A DNA stretch of 64,000 nt from Euryarchaeota archaeon UBA182 (lineage in GTDB: Archaea; Thermoplasmatota; Poseidoniia; Poseidoniales; Thalassarchaeaceae). The number at the start of each line of letters is the position of its first letter. Positions within the stretch are counted from its first letter, which is position 1. The notes under the pieces are model-generated. The model was given only the letters and a program-made list of their open reading frames with translations, was not told the origin of the DNA and searched no databases. The position numbers were made by a program, and so were the translations under genes. Of the stretch, positions 38,920 through 49,378 are shown piece after piece. The stretch is from NCBI GenBank assembly GCA_002495675.1, contig DAGH01000021.1, positions 8,318-72,317 of the forward strand, given 5' to 3'.

Positions 38920-40671
38920 TCAACGGAACAGAGGATCTGGTAATGTATCAAAGATTGCATTCACGTAAAATTCTCCTGCATGGATCGGCACTCTGAGACC
39001 AAATTTGAATGACACACTGGGATCTACTTCTCCAAAGGTTCCGATGTGAATATCTCCAATCATTACCTTTGCTACTCGTCCTGCTAACCATGGCCCCTCT
39101 TTTGGGGGCCCTTCAACCAATTTTACGTTGTTTTCATTGGCCCCTAAGTCCCTCAGTAGGGACATGCAAAACCCTTTGGCAGTACTGAATCCTCCATTGG
39201 CATCCGCACAAGCCCATGCAACTGAAGTTGAATTTTGGTGGTCGATCACAGTAGCCCCCAGTTCGAAAATTCGATGTGGTAATTCATGATGCCTGTTGGC
39301 TGCCAGTATTTCCAATAAGGACGGTAGTAGGTTTTGCCTGAGAATTCCATGCTCCTTTGTGATTGGGTTTCGGATTCGTGTTACGGCACCTCTGGGGTGC
39401 GTCCTGACGTCTTGGAACTCCTTGATATCATTGGTTAGGGTCAGAGTTTGGACCTCATGAGCCCCCAAGGCCCTGATTGATTGCCTGATCCGTCTTTCTG
39501 TGTAGGAGTCGATCAAGGGTGATCCCGGTAGGTTTACCTGTGATTTTTTCTCAGGAAGTGAATTCAACCCCATGCCTATAATTAAATCCTCAACAATGTC
39601 GACTGGATGGAGCAAATCACTTCTCCATGCTGGCATTTGGACAAGATATGCAAGATCATCTGACTCGGTCCCATCCCACTTGGAACCCATGGCTTCTTGA
39701 TCAACCCTGACCTTACCAACGATTTTGCCCCCCATCTTTGATATGGATTCCTCTAGAGTGCTGGAATCAATCTCAAATCCGAGAATCATCTTGATCAGAG
39801 ATTCAGGCACTTTGTATTCGACCGGATCGAAGTCAAGCCTCCATTGCGAACCATCCCATTGTCGCACGTCCACCGATTCTACAGTCCCTCCACGCTCATA
39901 CAATGATAGGGCTACTAGCCTTATAGCCGCAAGGCATGCCCTCCTGTCCCAGCCTGTAACATCGATTAGGAAGTCGGAGCTTTCAGTTGTCACCATTGTG
40001 TCTGTGCCATTAATTATTGGAGGAAATGAAAGTACCTTATCGTTGCAGTCGCGGATTAATGGATAACCCAATTCTGGCTCAATTAGATGAGCGTATTCAA
40101 CACCTTTGGGATGAAATTCTAGGATTTCAGTGAGTGCCATCTCCCTTTCTTCGCCCAGGGGAGTGAAAACTGAATCCCCTTCGTCGGCGGAGACTGAGAA
40201 TGGACCCTGGACACCCCGCAAGTCATGTACCCCGATTGAAACAGATTTCCTTCTCCTTCCAAGTGTCGTGTGTAGTTTTTCCTGATGGTCCATCAATGAT
40301 TGCACAAATAGATCCTTAGCCAGATCACTGTTGCCGGTGTAAACTCCTCTTACAATCGCAGCGAAAACGTGAGGCCTAACATATTCCATGGAAGGGTCAA
40401 CCACCATTTGTTCCGGTCCATGATTAACATCAATTCCACAAGGGGCTTCGACATTCTCTAGAAATGATCTCGCTGCCCTTGCAAGGTTCTCATGTGATAG
40501 TAGGTCGGGCCTGTCCGGAAAGACCTCAATTTCAATCTCGGAATCATTCGAATTCTCAATAACCACACCTATTTGAGATAGATCAGATATCCATCTCGAG
40601 GAATCATAAACATGCCCATTGAATTCATGAATATCGTTCAATTGAGTGTGTTGGAGTTTGATAGTGGGAAT
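38920..40671 (-). CDS. pheT: Phenylalanyl-tRNA synthetase beta subunit (probable ATT start)
   Basis: PDRPDLLS, QEKLHTTLGRRR, SFPPIING, WRSDLLHPVDIVED, NPIT, FGEVDP. Confidence 0.95.
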   Translation of the reverse strand: MPTIKLQHTQLNDIHEFNGHVYDSSRWISDLSQIGVVIENSNDSEIEIEVFPDRPDLLSHENLARAARSFLENVEAPCGIDVNHGPEQMVVDPSMEYVRPHVFAAIVRGVYTGNSDLAKDLFVQSLMDHQEKLHTTLGRRRKSVSIGVHDLRGVQGPFSVSADEGDSVFTPLGEEREMALTEILEFHPKGVEYAHLIEPELGYPLIRDCNDKVLSFPPIINGTDTMVTTESSDFLIDVTGWDRRACLAAIRLVALSLYERGGTVESVDVRQWDGSQWRLDFDPVEYKVPESLIKMILGFEIDSSTLEESISKMGGKIVGKVRVDQEAMGSKWDGTESDDLAYLVQMPAWRSDLLHPVDIVEDLIIGMGLNSLPEKKSQVNLPGSPLIDSYTERRIRQSIRALGAHEVQTLTLTNDIKEFQDVRTHPRGAVTRIRNPITKEHGILRQNLLPSLLEILAANRHHELPHRIFELGATVIDHQNSTSVAWACADANGGFSTAKGFCMSLLRDLGANENNVKLVEGPPKEGPWLAGRVAKVMIGDIHIGTFGEVDPSVSFKFGLRVPIHAGEFYVNAIFDTLPDPLFR

Positions 40672-40672
40672 T

Positions 40673-42172
40673 TCAATCCCCCCTGGTCCATGTTGGTAGC
40701 GGCCGTTCCAAACCAACCAGTCTTAAGCCGGTCTGCATGGCGATATTGTGATCTAGGGCCCTGATGTTTGATCTGTTCGTCGAGCTTATTGAGCTTAGCC
40801 CCATTTCGCGAAGTATACCTCTTAGCCGGGAGTCAAAATCTAACTCGGAGCCTTCCAATTCTGGGGAAACCACTGCATCGATACCTGCTGATTTAGCAAT
40901 GATCAACCTCTTTGGACTAGCCTTCCCATCAAGTCTAATCAGGACAAAACCCCCATTTTCAGAAATTCTATGCTTTTTATTTGCCATACCGATCCTTGGT
41001 AGGGCTACCGTTGGGCCTGCCGAATCGAGGGATATGGCGTCTACTAATATTCCGTCCAACTCCAATTCCTTGGACCTTCTAGCCAATTCATCTACTCTGT
41101 CAACCCTGTCTGAGAGTATCACCAGAGATCCGGGGGCCATTCTGCTCCTTATTGAGACAATCACGGCCTCAACCTCAGCATCATTTAATGTCGGGAGACT
41201 ATCAATGTCGAGAACAAAACCTAAGCAATTTAAGGAGCCCCTTCCTAACTTTCCAATGTTATGGCTACCGATGATCAATAGATCCTCGGGTTTTGGATCC
41301 GTCAAAACTATGGACGCCCCGTTTTTTGTACTTGTTTCTTGTATTTCCATCCAAGGCCTGGGAAGTAAAATTTCTCGGCCTTCCTCGCGCCTGCTTTTTA
41401 TTGTCACAGAAATATCGGGCGAAATGTGGGGATCATTCCTACCTGTCCCTGATGCAATGATACCGATTCCTGCAAAATTGTGTCCTCTTTCAAGAATTGG
41501 TAATTTGTCCTTTGGAGGATCCACTGCTTTTACGAGAACAGTTGCACCTGAGGGTATCTCGATGCCAAGGGATAATGCTAGATCAAGGGCTTCTTGGGGA
41601 ACATCCGTAATTTGACCGTACTTCATTTCGGAGTCGTCGAAATGATGGTGGTTCCCACACACAACAATAACCCCTCCCGTCATATGTGAGCCTAGTCCGA
41701 AATCTGCCGATCCCATCAAAATGATCGTTCCACCGACCATTGATGAGCCAAGGTTCGATCCAGCGTCCCCTCTTATCAGAAGAGTGCCTCCGGACATGTT
41801 TGACCCACCAAAATTACCCACTGAGCCATGAACGACTATCGAACCGCCGCTCATGTAAAATCCAGTGCGACTTCCTGCATCCTTCTCGATGACCAACCTT
41901 CCCGAGGACATCCATCCACCCGCAATCGATGAAACAGTTCCTTGAATCGTTGCAGTCCCACCCCGATTCAATAATCCAGCACCTTCCCCCAATTCCCCTA
42001 AAAGCAGTGACCTAGAATTCTCAGGGAGCATACTGAGGGCCCCAATCTCGCCATTCTTGGGCTTTTCATCACCTTCTCTCCCCCACCCAATCCTAACCAG
42101 TAGGTCTCTTTCTATCGCCTGAGCCAGCATCTTGTCCAGATCGCGATTTAATTTGATGCTCTTGTCTGACAC
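40673..42172 (-). CDS. GXGXG (GltB-C/FwdC/GlxC) beta-helix fused to degenerate glutamate-synthase-like FMN barrel
   Basis: Repeated G..M.GG.I.I.G motifs. C-terminal LREMG..S.....IRALD...A..TGLRLVG. GTG start with GAGGT upstream. Confidence 0.75.
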   Translation of the reverse strand: MSDKSIKLNRDLDKMLAQAIERDLLVRIGWGREGDEKPKNGEIGALSMLPENSRSLLLGELGEGAGLLNRGGTATIQGTVSSIAGGWMSSGRLVIEKDAGSRTGFYMSGGSIVVHGSVGNFGGSNMSGGTLLIRGDAGSNLGSSMVGGTIILMGSADFGLGSHMTGGVIVVCGNHHHFDDSEMKYGQITDVPQEALDLALSLGIEIPSGATVLVKAVDPPKDKLPILERGHNFAGIGIIASGTGRNDPHISPDISVTIKSRREEGREILLPRPWMEIQETSTKNGASIVLTDPKPEDLLIIGSHNIGKLGRGSLNCLGFVLDIDSLPTLNDAEVEAVIVSIRSRMAPGSLVILSDRVDRVDELARRSKELELDGILVDAISLDSAGPTVALPRIGMANKKHRISENGGFVLIRLDGKASPKRLIIAKSAGIDAVVSPELEGSELDFDSRLRGILREMGLSSISSTNRSNIRALDHNIAMQTGLRLVGLERPLPTWTRGD

Positions 42173-42284
42173 TTGGCTACCTCGGGCTTCCGTCGAAGTG
42201 TAAACTATTGAGCATGACGGGATACAATGCCAACTTCCCCCCGTATTTGCCAATCTTGATATCCTTCCGAAGTTAGGTTGCCTC

Positions 42285-43322
42285 ATGACTGGCGTGAGGG
42301 TGGCAATAAATGGGTTCGGCACAATTGGAAAACGTGTTGCAAAAGCCGTTCAGGCCCAGCCCGACATGATCGTATCAGGTGTCACAAAAACAGGCCCCAG
42401 CCATGGCTGTGCCTTAGCAAACAGATATGGTATTCCACTGTATTGCACAGACGATAGTCCAGATCGAATTAGGTCATTTGATGGGAGCGAGTACTCTGTA
42501 TCGGGCGGTTTGAGTGACTTATTGTCTGTGTCGGATGTTGTCATAGATTGCGCGCCTGGAAAAGTGGGACAAAAGAACCATCATACATACCTAGAAGCAG
42601 GTATAAAACATATTTTCCAAGGAGGGGAAAAGCACGAATTGACTGGGATTAGCTACACATCCTGCTCTAACCATTCTCAGAATCTAGGCGTGATGGGAAC
42701 TAGAGTCGTTTCATGCAACACTACAGGTCTCGCTAGAACATTGGTCCCATTGAGGGAGGTAGTGGGTGAAATGAGGGTCGAATGTACCATGATAAGGAGA
42801 GCCGCTGACCCGGGGGACTCAAACAAAGGACCCGTCAATGCTATCAAACCAGTCTTGAAGGTGCCGAGTCATCACGGACCGGACTTAATGACTGTCGCAG
42901 AAAAAATAGATATCACTAGCCTAGCCGTTGCCGTGCCTACCACCATCATGCACGTCCATGCTATAGTAGCATACCTTCCGAGTGGCCATGGTTTGACCAC
43001 AGCTGACGTATTATCCATCTGGGAGAACACACCGAGGGTTATCTCGATGTCTGGATCATCAGATGGGATTCCCTCGACCGCAGAAGTGATGGAAATGGCG
43101 AGGGACATTGGGAGGCCTTGGGGCGATCTCCACGAAATTTTTGTGTGGTCTGATGGAGTTAGCCTTGACGGAAACGTCTTGAGATATTTCCAGGCCATCC
43201 ACCAAGAAAGTGACGTTGTCCCTGAAAATGTAGACGCTGTTAGGGCGCTAATGGACATAGAGCAAGATTGGAGAGTATCCGTAGACATCACGGATCGCTC
43301 GATCAAAGAATCATTCTCCTGA
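42285..43322 (+). CDS. gap: Type II (archaeal) glyceraldehyde-3-phosphate dehydrogenase
   Basis: INGFGTIGKRVA, FQGGEK, VVSCNTTGL, RRAADP, PSHHGPD, IHQESDVVPENVDA. Confidence 0.96.
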   Translation: MTGVRVAINGFGTIGKRVAKAVQAQPDMIVSGVTKTGPSHGCALANRYGIPLYCTDDSPDRIRSFDGSEYSVSGGLSDLLSVSDVVIDCAPGKVGQKNHHTYLEAGIKHIFQGGEKHELTGISYTSCSNHSQNLGVMGTRVVSCNTTGLARTLVPLREVVGEMRVECTMIRRAADPGDSNKGPVNAIKPVLKVPSHHGPDLMTVAEKIDITSLAVAVPTTIMHVHAIVAYLPSGHGLTTADVLSIWENTPRVISMSGSSDGIPSTAEVMEMARDIGRPWGDLHEIFVWSDGVSLDGNVLRYFQAIHQESDVVPENVDAVRALMDIEQDWRVSVDITDRSIKESFS

Positions 43323-43379
43323 GATCGCACGCCCATTGGTGGTGAAGGGTCAAAAGTCAGATTGACAGCGGATCGATCC

Positions 43380-46300
43380 ATGACTGGACACGGTGGGCGC
43401 AAAGCGATTTGCCTCGTCCTCCTAATTTTACTTCAAACCAGCATGTCAGCAGCATCTGAAAATCTCACCACAGACCATTTTGAACTTGAGCCCAATCGGC
43501 CCGATTATTCGATATTGAGCGGTCCTGGAATGTTTTCGGAAACAAACATCGATTTCACAAGTGGATTGATAAGAGGACCGTTTGGGCCCTTTGACCCACT
43601 TGAAGAACAGATCTGGAACCAAGACGAATTTTCTGACTGGTATGGCTATGGGGGGTTGATTATTGCCCAATCCGAGACTTCCGACCTAAGGAACATGATA
43701 GAATCCATGGAATCACGGGGAGCAATCTTTCAGGAGTTCTACCCAGACAACGCAGCAATATTCAGTGTGGATGCTGATCAATGGTTTAATCTGAGTTCGA
43801 TTTCGGGTAAATCAGATGACGAGAGCATACGCTGGATGTCCCCTCTGCCTGCCTCTTTCAGAATAGAACCTGAGTTGGTAACCCAATCCATTGGTCTAGT
43901 GAGTGTAGAATTGCATCTAATTAGAGATCTGAGTAGCGTCGATATCGGCCAGCTTGAATTTATGATCAAGGATTACTCTGGAGGTATGGGATCCAATGTA
44001 TGGTGCGACGATAGACTCTGCAGAGTCGAGGACATAAGTCCGATAACGTTGACTAGACTACTCGAAGATAACAGAGTTCTGTACATTTCAAATGCGGCTG
44101 ATCTAGAGTCGTTTGACTCAACATCCAGGTCAATAATTGGCCTATCCCCTACTGAAATAACTCCGCCCCTCGACTATGACGGCACTGGAGAGATAATCTC
44201 CATCACAGATACTGGTTTAGATGAAGATCACCAATCTCTGAGTGACAATATCCGAGCCGTTTACAATCAATTTGGCCCTGACAACTCGGCAGCAGACTCA
44301 AACTCTGGCCACGGAACCCACATAACCGGGATAATAGTCGGTAACGGCACGTTAGACAATCAAACACTGGGCATTGCTCCAGCCGCTGAGGTAAATTTCT
44401 ATCAAATCGAATACGACACATCCGGACTTCTCGCAAGATGGGGAACCCTCTACAGTATGTTTTCACATTCGCTGCAGAATCAAGCCAGGACACATAACAA
44501 TGCTTGGGGGAGTGTCAATCAACCTGGACAATACACCGCAGACTCCCATTCAGCAGACTCTTTCATTGTCGATCAGCCCTCTTACCTTGCTGTATTCTCT
44601 GGTGGTGACATCGGACATAACCAAGGCGCAACAACAACCCCGCCCGGAACCGCGAAGAACGTGTTGACAATAGGCGCTTCTACTACTGGATTGGGGGGCA
44701 CAGACCCGCAAGGCTCCGGATGGTTAAACAACTCTGGGGGAACTCTCGACGGTCGCATAAAGCCAGACTTGGTCGCACCAGGGGTTGAGATTTGTTCAGC
44801 ACGTGCAAGTGAAGCCACATCTGTGACAGGACAAGATTGTTCGACAGCAATTGACCAAGACGCCACACCACTGTACGTGACCGGCACAGGCTCAAGTATG
44901 GCAACCGCAGTTGCTAGCGGAGGAGCTTTGATTGTCAGGGAGTACCTTGGACAGGAATTAGGCCTCTCCGAACCTGACGCTTCACTAGTCAAAGCAATGT
45001 TGATAAACGGGGCAACTGATCTAGGGCAACCAGATATACCCAACCCAACAGAAGGCTGGGGGGAATTGAACGTCAAACAGTCCATAGATCCACATGACGC
45101 ATCAAAAAAATTGGACCTACTCATAGATGCTGGACGTGGCTTGGGGCCCGGGGACGCCCTTGTTCAGCAGATAGATGTCCAGGGGTCTAAACTTGACATT
45201 ACTCTAGTCTGGACTGATCAGGAAGGTTCTGTTTCTGCCTCAGATTCGGCGCCCCAACTAATTAATAATCTAGACCTCCTGGTGACAAGTCCATCTGGCT
45301 TGGTATACGCTGGCAACTCATTTTCCCAAGGGTACAGTACGATATCTACGTCCACTGATACTCTCAACAACGTTGAAAGAGTTCGCATCGGGGTACCAGA
45401 AGTAGGCATCTGGAAAGTCGAGGTCAGAAGCTCTGCTGGGGTATTCCAAGACGGTTATTCACTGGTCATCAGCGGGGATGCCCACTGGGTAGATCACAGT
45501 GATTTGACAACGTCGCCCGAATCATTGAGGATAACCAACGACGTAATTTTCGAGGGTGAGCAACTACTGATCCAAATGAAATGGAGGAATGAGGGAAACA
45601 CCGCCACGGGCAACTATGACGTCGAGATTTACGATGTGACAGAACAAGAGTCAATATCAACAATTACGATGCCACCTCTTGGATCTGGAGAGACGGAGAC
45701 TTGGTCCGTACAACACGCATTTACAACAGTCGGCAGCCACATTCTGGAGCTGAGGCTGGATACCCTTTCGAATGTCGTAGAATCGAATGATGAACTCGTA
45801 GGGATCGACAATAACATTGCCCAACTAGAGGTCATGATCAGTAAGCAGGGATTAGTTATCATCCCGCTCGATGCTAATGGGGATGAGGTACCTCCAGAAG
45901 ACCATATCAGCGCCTCCTCAAGGTTGTTTGAGGTGTTGAATACGACCACAGCAACGTTTGGTTTCAAGGTAAGAAACATTGGGACATCAGAGGCAACAAT
46001 TTCTGTGGTTTCAACTCCGGTCAAACAACTCATGGAAAATGGGGCTCTCAGCAACCCTTCAGACGAGTGGACTAGGGTTCTTTCAGACTCAGGACCAATA
46101 ACCCTTGCAGCGAGTGGTCAAATGAATGACAATGCCTCATTTTCTATTTCCATGATTGACGAAACCGCAGACCCCACATCTGATGAGGCTCCTGTGTATG
46201 CAGTTCCAGGAACTTTTGTCACCCGGGTTGTCGTCAGAGACATCCAAAACCCAACTATCTCAAATTCTAGAAGTTTCAGTGTTCTGGTACCCAGAGTCGA

Positions 46301-48074
46301 GGGAGTCCAAATTCTGGCAAGTGGCCTAGACGACTTCAGTGCATTACCGGGTGAATTTGCATCTTTCGACATGTCAGTACTCAACACAGGAAATGGACCA
46401 ACTGAGTATGTAGTAGACTGTCAATCTCAAAGCGGCTGGGCGACGAGGATCGACTCCATACTATCTGAGTCGGTCTCCCTTCCAGAATTGGCCAGGTTGG
46501 AGTATGTGACTATCCCCATTCAGGTGCTGGTTCCCCAAGCGTCCGCGGGTCTACCCGCTGCGGGACATGTAGAGTCAGTTGATTGTGTCATATCATCCCC
46601 AAATGAGGGCGGACCGACCGAATTGTTGTCCACAGTGTTGATCGTCAAAGAAAGTAGACGTTTCGAAACTGTGCTTTTAGACGGCGAACAATCGCCACTG
46701 CCGCCATTAGCCGCGGCTTTGGACAGGCAGGTGTTGAACATGGTAGCTACAGACACTTTGTTGAGAATTGAAAATATTGGGAATACTCACCAAACCATTT
46801 CAATGATGATCAGTCTATCAGATTCAACATGGGGCATGGAGGTCATCACCTCTCCTGGTTCAGCGAATCCCATCCCAGTAGAATCCTTTGATGGATCCTC
46901 ATCGTTTGAATTCGTCTTGCAGGGTGGAACATCCGAGATTATTCAGGTTTCAGTGACAGCTCCACCAACTGCCTCGATGGGTCAGAAGGCCCTTCTGTCG
47001 TTCCGAACAACCGAGGGAAACCAACTATCCGTTGTCGACAACACCAGGTTTGTGCTCGAGGCAACTCCAGATTTAAGGATCTCATCTCTGGACAGTGTTG
47101 AGTCACTTTCCGGGGAGTTGACAGAAATACCCTTGTCAATAATCAATACGGGCAATGTCGCACTGGATTTGTCTTGGAGTTTCTCAAATGAAGTGGACTC
47201 ATGGTCTACTGGCCTCCAGTCTATTACCCCAACTTCAATCCAGCCAAATCAGGAACTAGATGTCCTACTCGGGATCAATATCCCCGATAATTGGCCTGTG
47301 GACCCAGATGGGAAAATTGTCGCAGTCCAGATAGAGGCCACTAACCCAGAACTCGCTGCCTCTTCCATCCTTAAAATAAAGGAGATAACCGTGAGAGTCA
47401 TAGAAACTTGTAGTTTTGAGGTTAACACTGCAACTGGGATTTCAGTTGACTCGGGAGATTCCACCGAAGCGTCGATACGTGTCACAAACACGGGGAATTC
47501 GGCTTCTAAGTTCACAATTGAATTCTTTCAGGAGACAAACTCATTTAATTTCCAAACCACCTATGGTCATGATTCTGCACTACCCCCAGGTGAGTCAGTG
47601 CCAATTCCAATACTAATCTCAGCGTCTGAAACTTCGTCCGCGGGGAGAGAACTTATTGTCGCTGAGATACGACCACTTAGCGACGGTTGTTTTGTCGTTG
47701 AGTCTGAATGGGATGTCTATGTAGACATACTACCTGCATCTGATGACGGAATATCGAACTCACTGCCCCCATTTGTCTTGCCATTAGCATTCATTCTCTC
47801 GATTCTCGCCCTGTCGCTGGTAGTTGTGGCTCTGAGGAGAACATCACCCAAGCCAGATGACCCTGGTGAGGAACTAATACCACAAGGCTCAGCGCTCATG
47901 CAAGGGGAGGCCTCGAAAAGGAGAATGAACGCCTTGTCGACTGATGTGGCTGAAGAGACCTTGAGCACATCCGTGAGCCAATCTGATCTTGATTCGGTAT
48001 TGATGGATTCTCTTCCAAAATTAGATTTGCCCCCTCTACCTAAAACAAATCCAGAAGAGGAGAATTCTGATTAA
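43380..48074 (+). CDS. Large cell-anchored S8 serine protease (KP-43-like) with CARDB/Ig domains
   Basis: TDTGLD, GHGTH, AKNVLTIGA, DGRIKPDLVAPG, GSSMAT, LVKAMLINGA, NNLDL, NNVE, CARDB 'VESND..NN', C-terminal TM. Confidence 0.92.
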   Translation: MTGHGGRKAICLVLLILLQTSMSAASENLTTDHFELEPNRPDYSILSGPGMFSETNIDFTSGLIRGPFGPFDPLEEQIWNQDEFSDWYGYGGLIIAQSETSDLRNMIESMESRGAIFQEFYPDNAAIFSVDADQWFNLSSISGKSDDESIRWMSPLPASFRIEPELVTQSIGLVSVELHLIRDLSSVDIGQLEFMIKDYSGGMGSNVWCDDRLCRVEDISPITLTRLLEDNRVLYISNAADLESFDSTSRSIIGLSPTEITPPLDYDGTGEIISITDTGLDEDHQSLSDNIRAVYNQFGPDNSAADSNSGHGTHITGIIVGNGTLDNQTLGIAPAAEVNFYQIEYDTSGLLARWGTLYSMFSHSLQNQARTHNNAWGSVNQPGQYTADSHSADSFIVDQPSYLAVFSGGDIGHNQGATTTPPGTAKNVLTIGASTTGLGGTDPQGSGWLNNSGGTLDGRIKPDLVAPGVEICSARASEATSVTGQDCSTAIDQDATPLYVTGTGSSMATAVASGGALIVREYLGQELGLSEPDASLVKAMLINGATDLGQPDIPNPTEGWGELNVKQSIDPHDASKKLDLLIDAGRGLGPGDALVQQIDVQGSKLDITLVWTDQEGSVSASDSAPQLINNLDLLVTSPSGLVYAGNSFSQGYSTISTSTDTLNNVERVRIGVPEVGIWKVEVRSSAGVFQDGYSLVISGDAHWVDHSDLTTSPESLRITNDVIFEGEQLLIQMKWRNEGNTATGNYDVEIYDVTEQESISTITMPPLGSGETETWSVQHAFTTVGSHILELRLDTLSNVVESNDELVGIDNNIAQLEVMISKQGLVIIPLDANGDEVPPEDHISASSRLFEVLNTTTATFGFKVRNIGTSEATISVVSTPVKQLMENGALSNPSDEWTRVLSDSGPITLAASGQMNDNASFSISMIDETADPTSDEAPVYAVPGTFVTRVVVRDIQNPTISNSRSFSVLVPRVEGVQILASGLDDFSALPGEFASFDMSVLNTGNGPTEYVVDCQSQSGWATRIDSILSESVSLPELARLEYVTIPIQVLVPQASAGLPAAGHVESVDCVISSPNEGGPTELLSTVLIVKESRRFETVLLDGEQSPLPPLAAALDRQVLNMVATDTLLRIENIGNTHQTISMMISLSDSTWGMEVITSPGSANPIPVESFDGSSSFEFVLQGGTSEIIQVSVTAPPTASMGQKALLSFRTTEGNQLSVVDNTRFVLEATPDLRISSLDSVESLSGELTEIPLSIINTGNVALDLSWSFSNEVDSWSTGLQSITPTSIQPNQELDVLLGINIPDNWPVDPDGKIVAVQIEATNPELAASSILKIKEITVRVIETCSFEVNTATGISVDSGDSTEASIRVTNTGNSASKFTIEFFQETNSFNFQTTYGHDSALPPGESVPIPILISASETSSAGRELIVAEIRPLSDGCFVVESEWDVYVDILPASDDGISNSLPPFVLPLAFILSILALSLVVVALRRTSPKPDDPGEELIPQGSALMQGEASKRRMNALSTDVAEETLSTSVSQSDLDSVLMDSLPKLDLPPLPKTNPEEENSD

Positions 48075-48106
48075 CTCATTTCGTCTCGAAACATACCGTG
48101 AACTCC

Positions 48107-48745
48107 ATGGTCAACGGTGAATCAATCATTCTTTTTGGCCCTCCTGGTGCAGGAAAGGGAACACAATCTGGCTTGATATCAACTATTACGGGAAAACCAC
48201 AAGTTTCTACTGGTGACATGCTGCGCGAGGCCGTATCCGATAATAGCGAGGTTGGGGGGGAGGCTAAGTCCTACATGGACAAAGGACTGTTGGTTCCCGA
48301 CAAGATCATCATGGAGCTAATAAAAATCAGGCTTAGCAAGGATGACGCGAAAAATGGTTTGCTATTCGATGGTTTTCCACGTACGATTCCACAGGCCATG
48401 GCCCTTGAAAAGTTAACATCAGTCTCCATGGTTGTCTCACTAGTTGTGCAGGATGATGAGATTGTTTCCAGGATTGCGGGCAGGAGGACGGACCCAGAAA
48501 CCGGTGAAATATATCATGTGGAGTATAAACCAGCCCCACAGGATATCAGAAGCAGGCTCTTACAGAGGGACGATGACACCGAAGACACTGTGAGAAATAG
48601 ATTGTCAACCTTCCACAAGCAAACGGCACCACTGTCCGATTTTTATCGAGACAAGGGGATTCTTATCGAGGTAGACGGTTCAGGGGATATTGAGCAGGTG
48701 TCCTCATCCATTGAGGCTATTATCAAGAGGAACAGTTTGGGCTGA
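48107..48745 (+). CDS. adk: Adenylate kinase (bacterial-type)
   Basis: GPPGAGKGTQ, STGDMLR, FDGFPRT, QRDDD. Confidence 0.96.
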   Translation: MVNGESIILFGPPGAGKGTQSGLISTITGKPQVSTGDMLREAVSDNSEVGGEAKSYMDKGLLVPDKIIMELIKIRLSKDDAKNGLLFDGFPRTIPQAMALEKLTSVSMVVSLVVQDDEIVSRIAGRRTDPETGEIYHVEYKPAPQDIRSRLLQRDDDTEDTVRNRLSTFHKQTAPLSDFYRDKGILIEVDGSGDIEQVSSSIEAIIKRNSLG

Positions 48746-48751
48746 TTTGTT

Positions 48752-49054
48752 ATGGGAAGAGGCCACTCCAGGAATAACATCCGACGGAGACATGCCAAAG
48801 CCGGTGTCGAGACCATGTCGAGGTTATGGTCAAATTCCGAATCTGATGAAATATCTCAAAATGCTGGCACAACACTCATTGCCATAGCTAAAAGAAATAG
48901 AGTAAGGATCTCTAGGAGAATGAGAATGAGGATTTGCAGGACATGCAAAAAGACGCTCAACTCAAAAAACAGCAAAACTAGGATAAAGATGAAGACCATT
49001 GTCGTCTCCTGCCTAGATTGCGGAAGAGTACACAAGTACCGTGGTGGTGCATGA
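48752..49054 (+). CDS. rnp4: RNase P protein component 4 (Rpp21)
   Basis: Basic 100-aa protein with ICRTC and SCLDCG zinc pairs, adjacent to yhbY. Confidence 0.85.
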   Translation: MGRGHSRNNIRRRHAKAGVETMSRLWSNSESDEISQNAGTTLIAIAKRNRVRISRRMRMRICRTCKKTLNSKNSKTRIKMKTIVVSCLDCGRVHKYRGGA

Positions 49055-49057
49055 TCG

Positions 49058-49330
49058 ATGTCGCGAAGTATTCCCCAAAGAATCATTGATTCTTCAAAAT
49101 CCAACGAACTAAGGGTCACATTGAGGGTTGGAAAAGATGGCCTCAGTCAAGCAGTTATCATGGAATTGAAAGACCAACTAAAGTCGAGAGAGCTGGTGAA
49201 GTTGAAAATCAACAAGGGTGTTATTTCAGAAAGAAGGGGACGAGAATCCATCATATCTGAACTTGAGGCCTCTACTGGGTCAGTCTCTGTTTTCGCAAGA
49301 GGAAACATAGCAGTATTCTGGCGAGTGTGA
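49058..49330 (+). CDS. yhbY: YhbY/CRM-domain RNA-binding protein
   Basis: LRVGKDGL, ELVKLKI, RGNIAVFWR. Confidence 0.88.
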   Translation: MSRSIPQRIIDSSKSNELRVTLRVGKDGLSQAVIMELKDQLKSRELVKLKINKGVISERRGRESIISELEASTGSVSVFARGNIAVFWRV

Positions 49331-49378
49331 CCCTCATCACAGGTAGGCTTCATATGGCCCGTTGGGAGCCAATCATCC

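Noticed and set aside
40764..41615. 283-aa antisense ORF (also 54359-55069, 26321-26875 and other shadows)
   Set aside because: Ser/Ile/Pro-rich antisense shadows of well-supported genes with no motifs.
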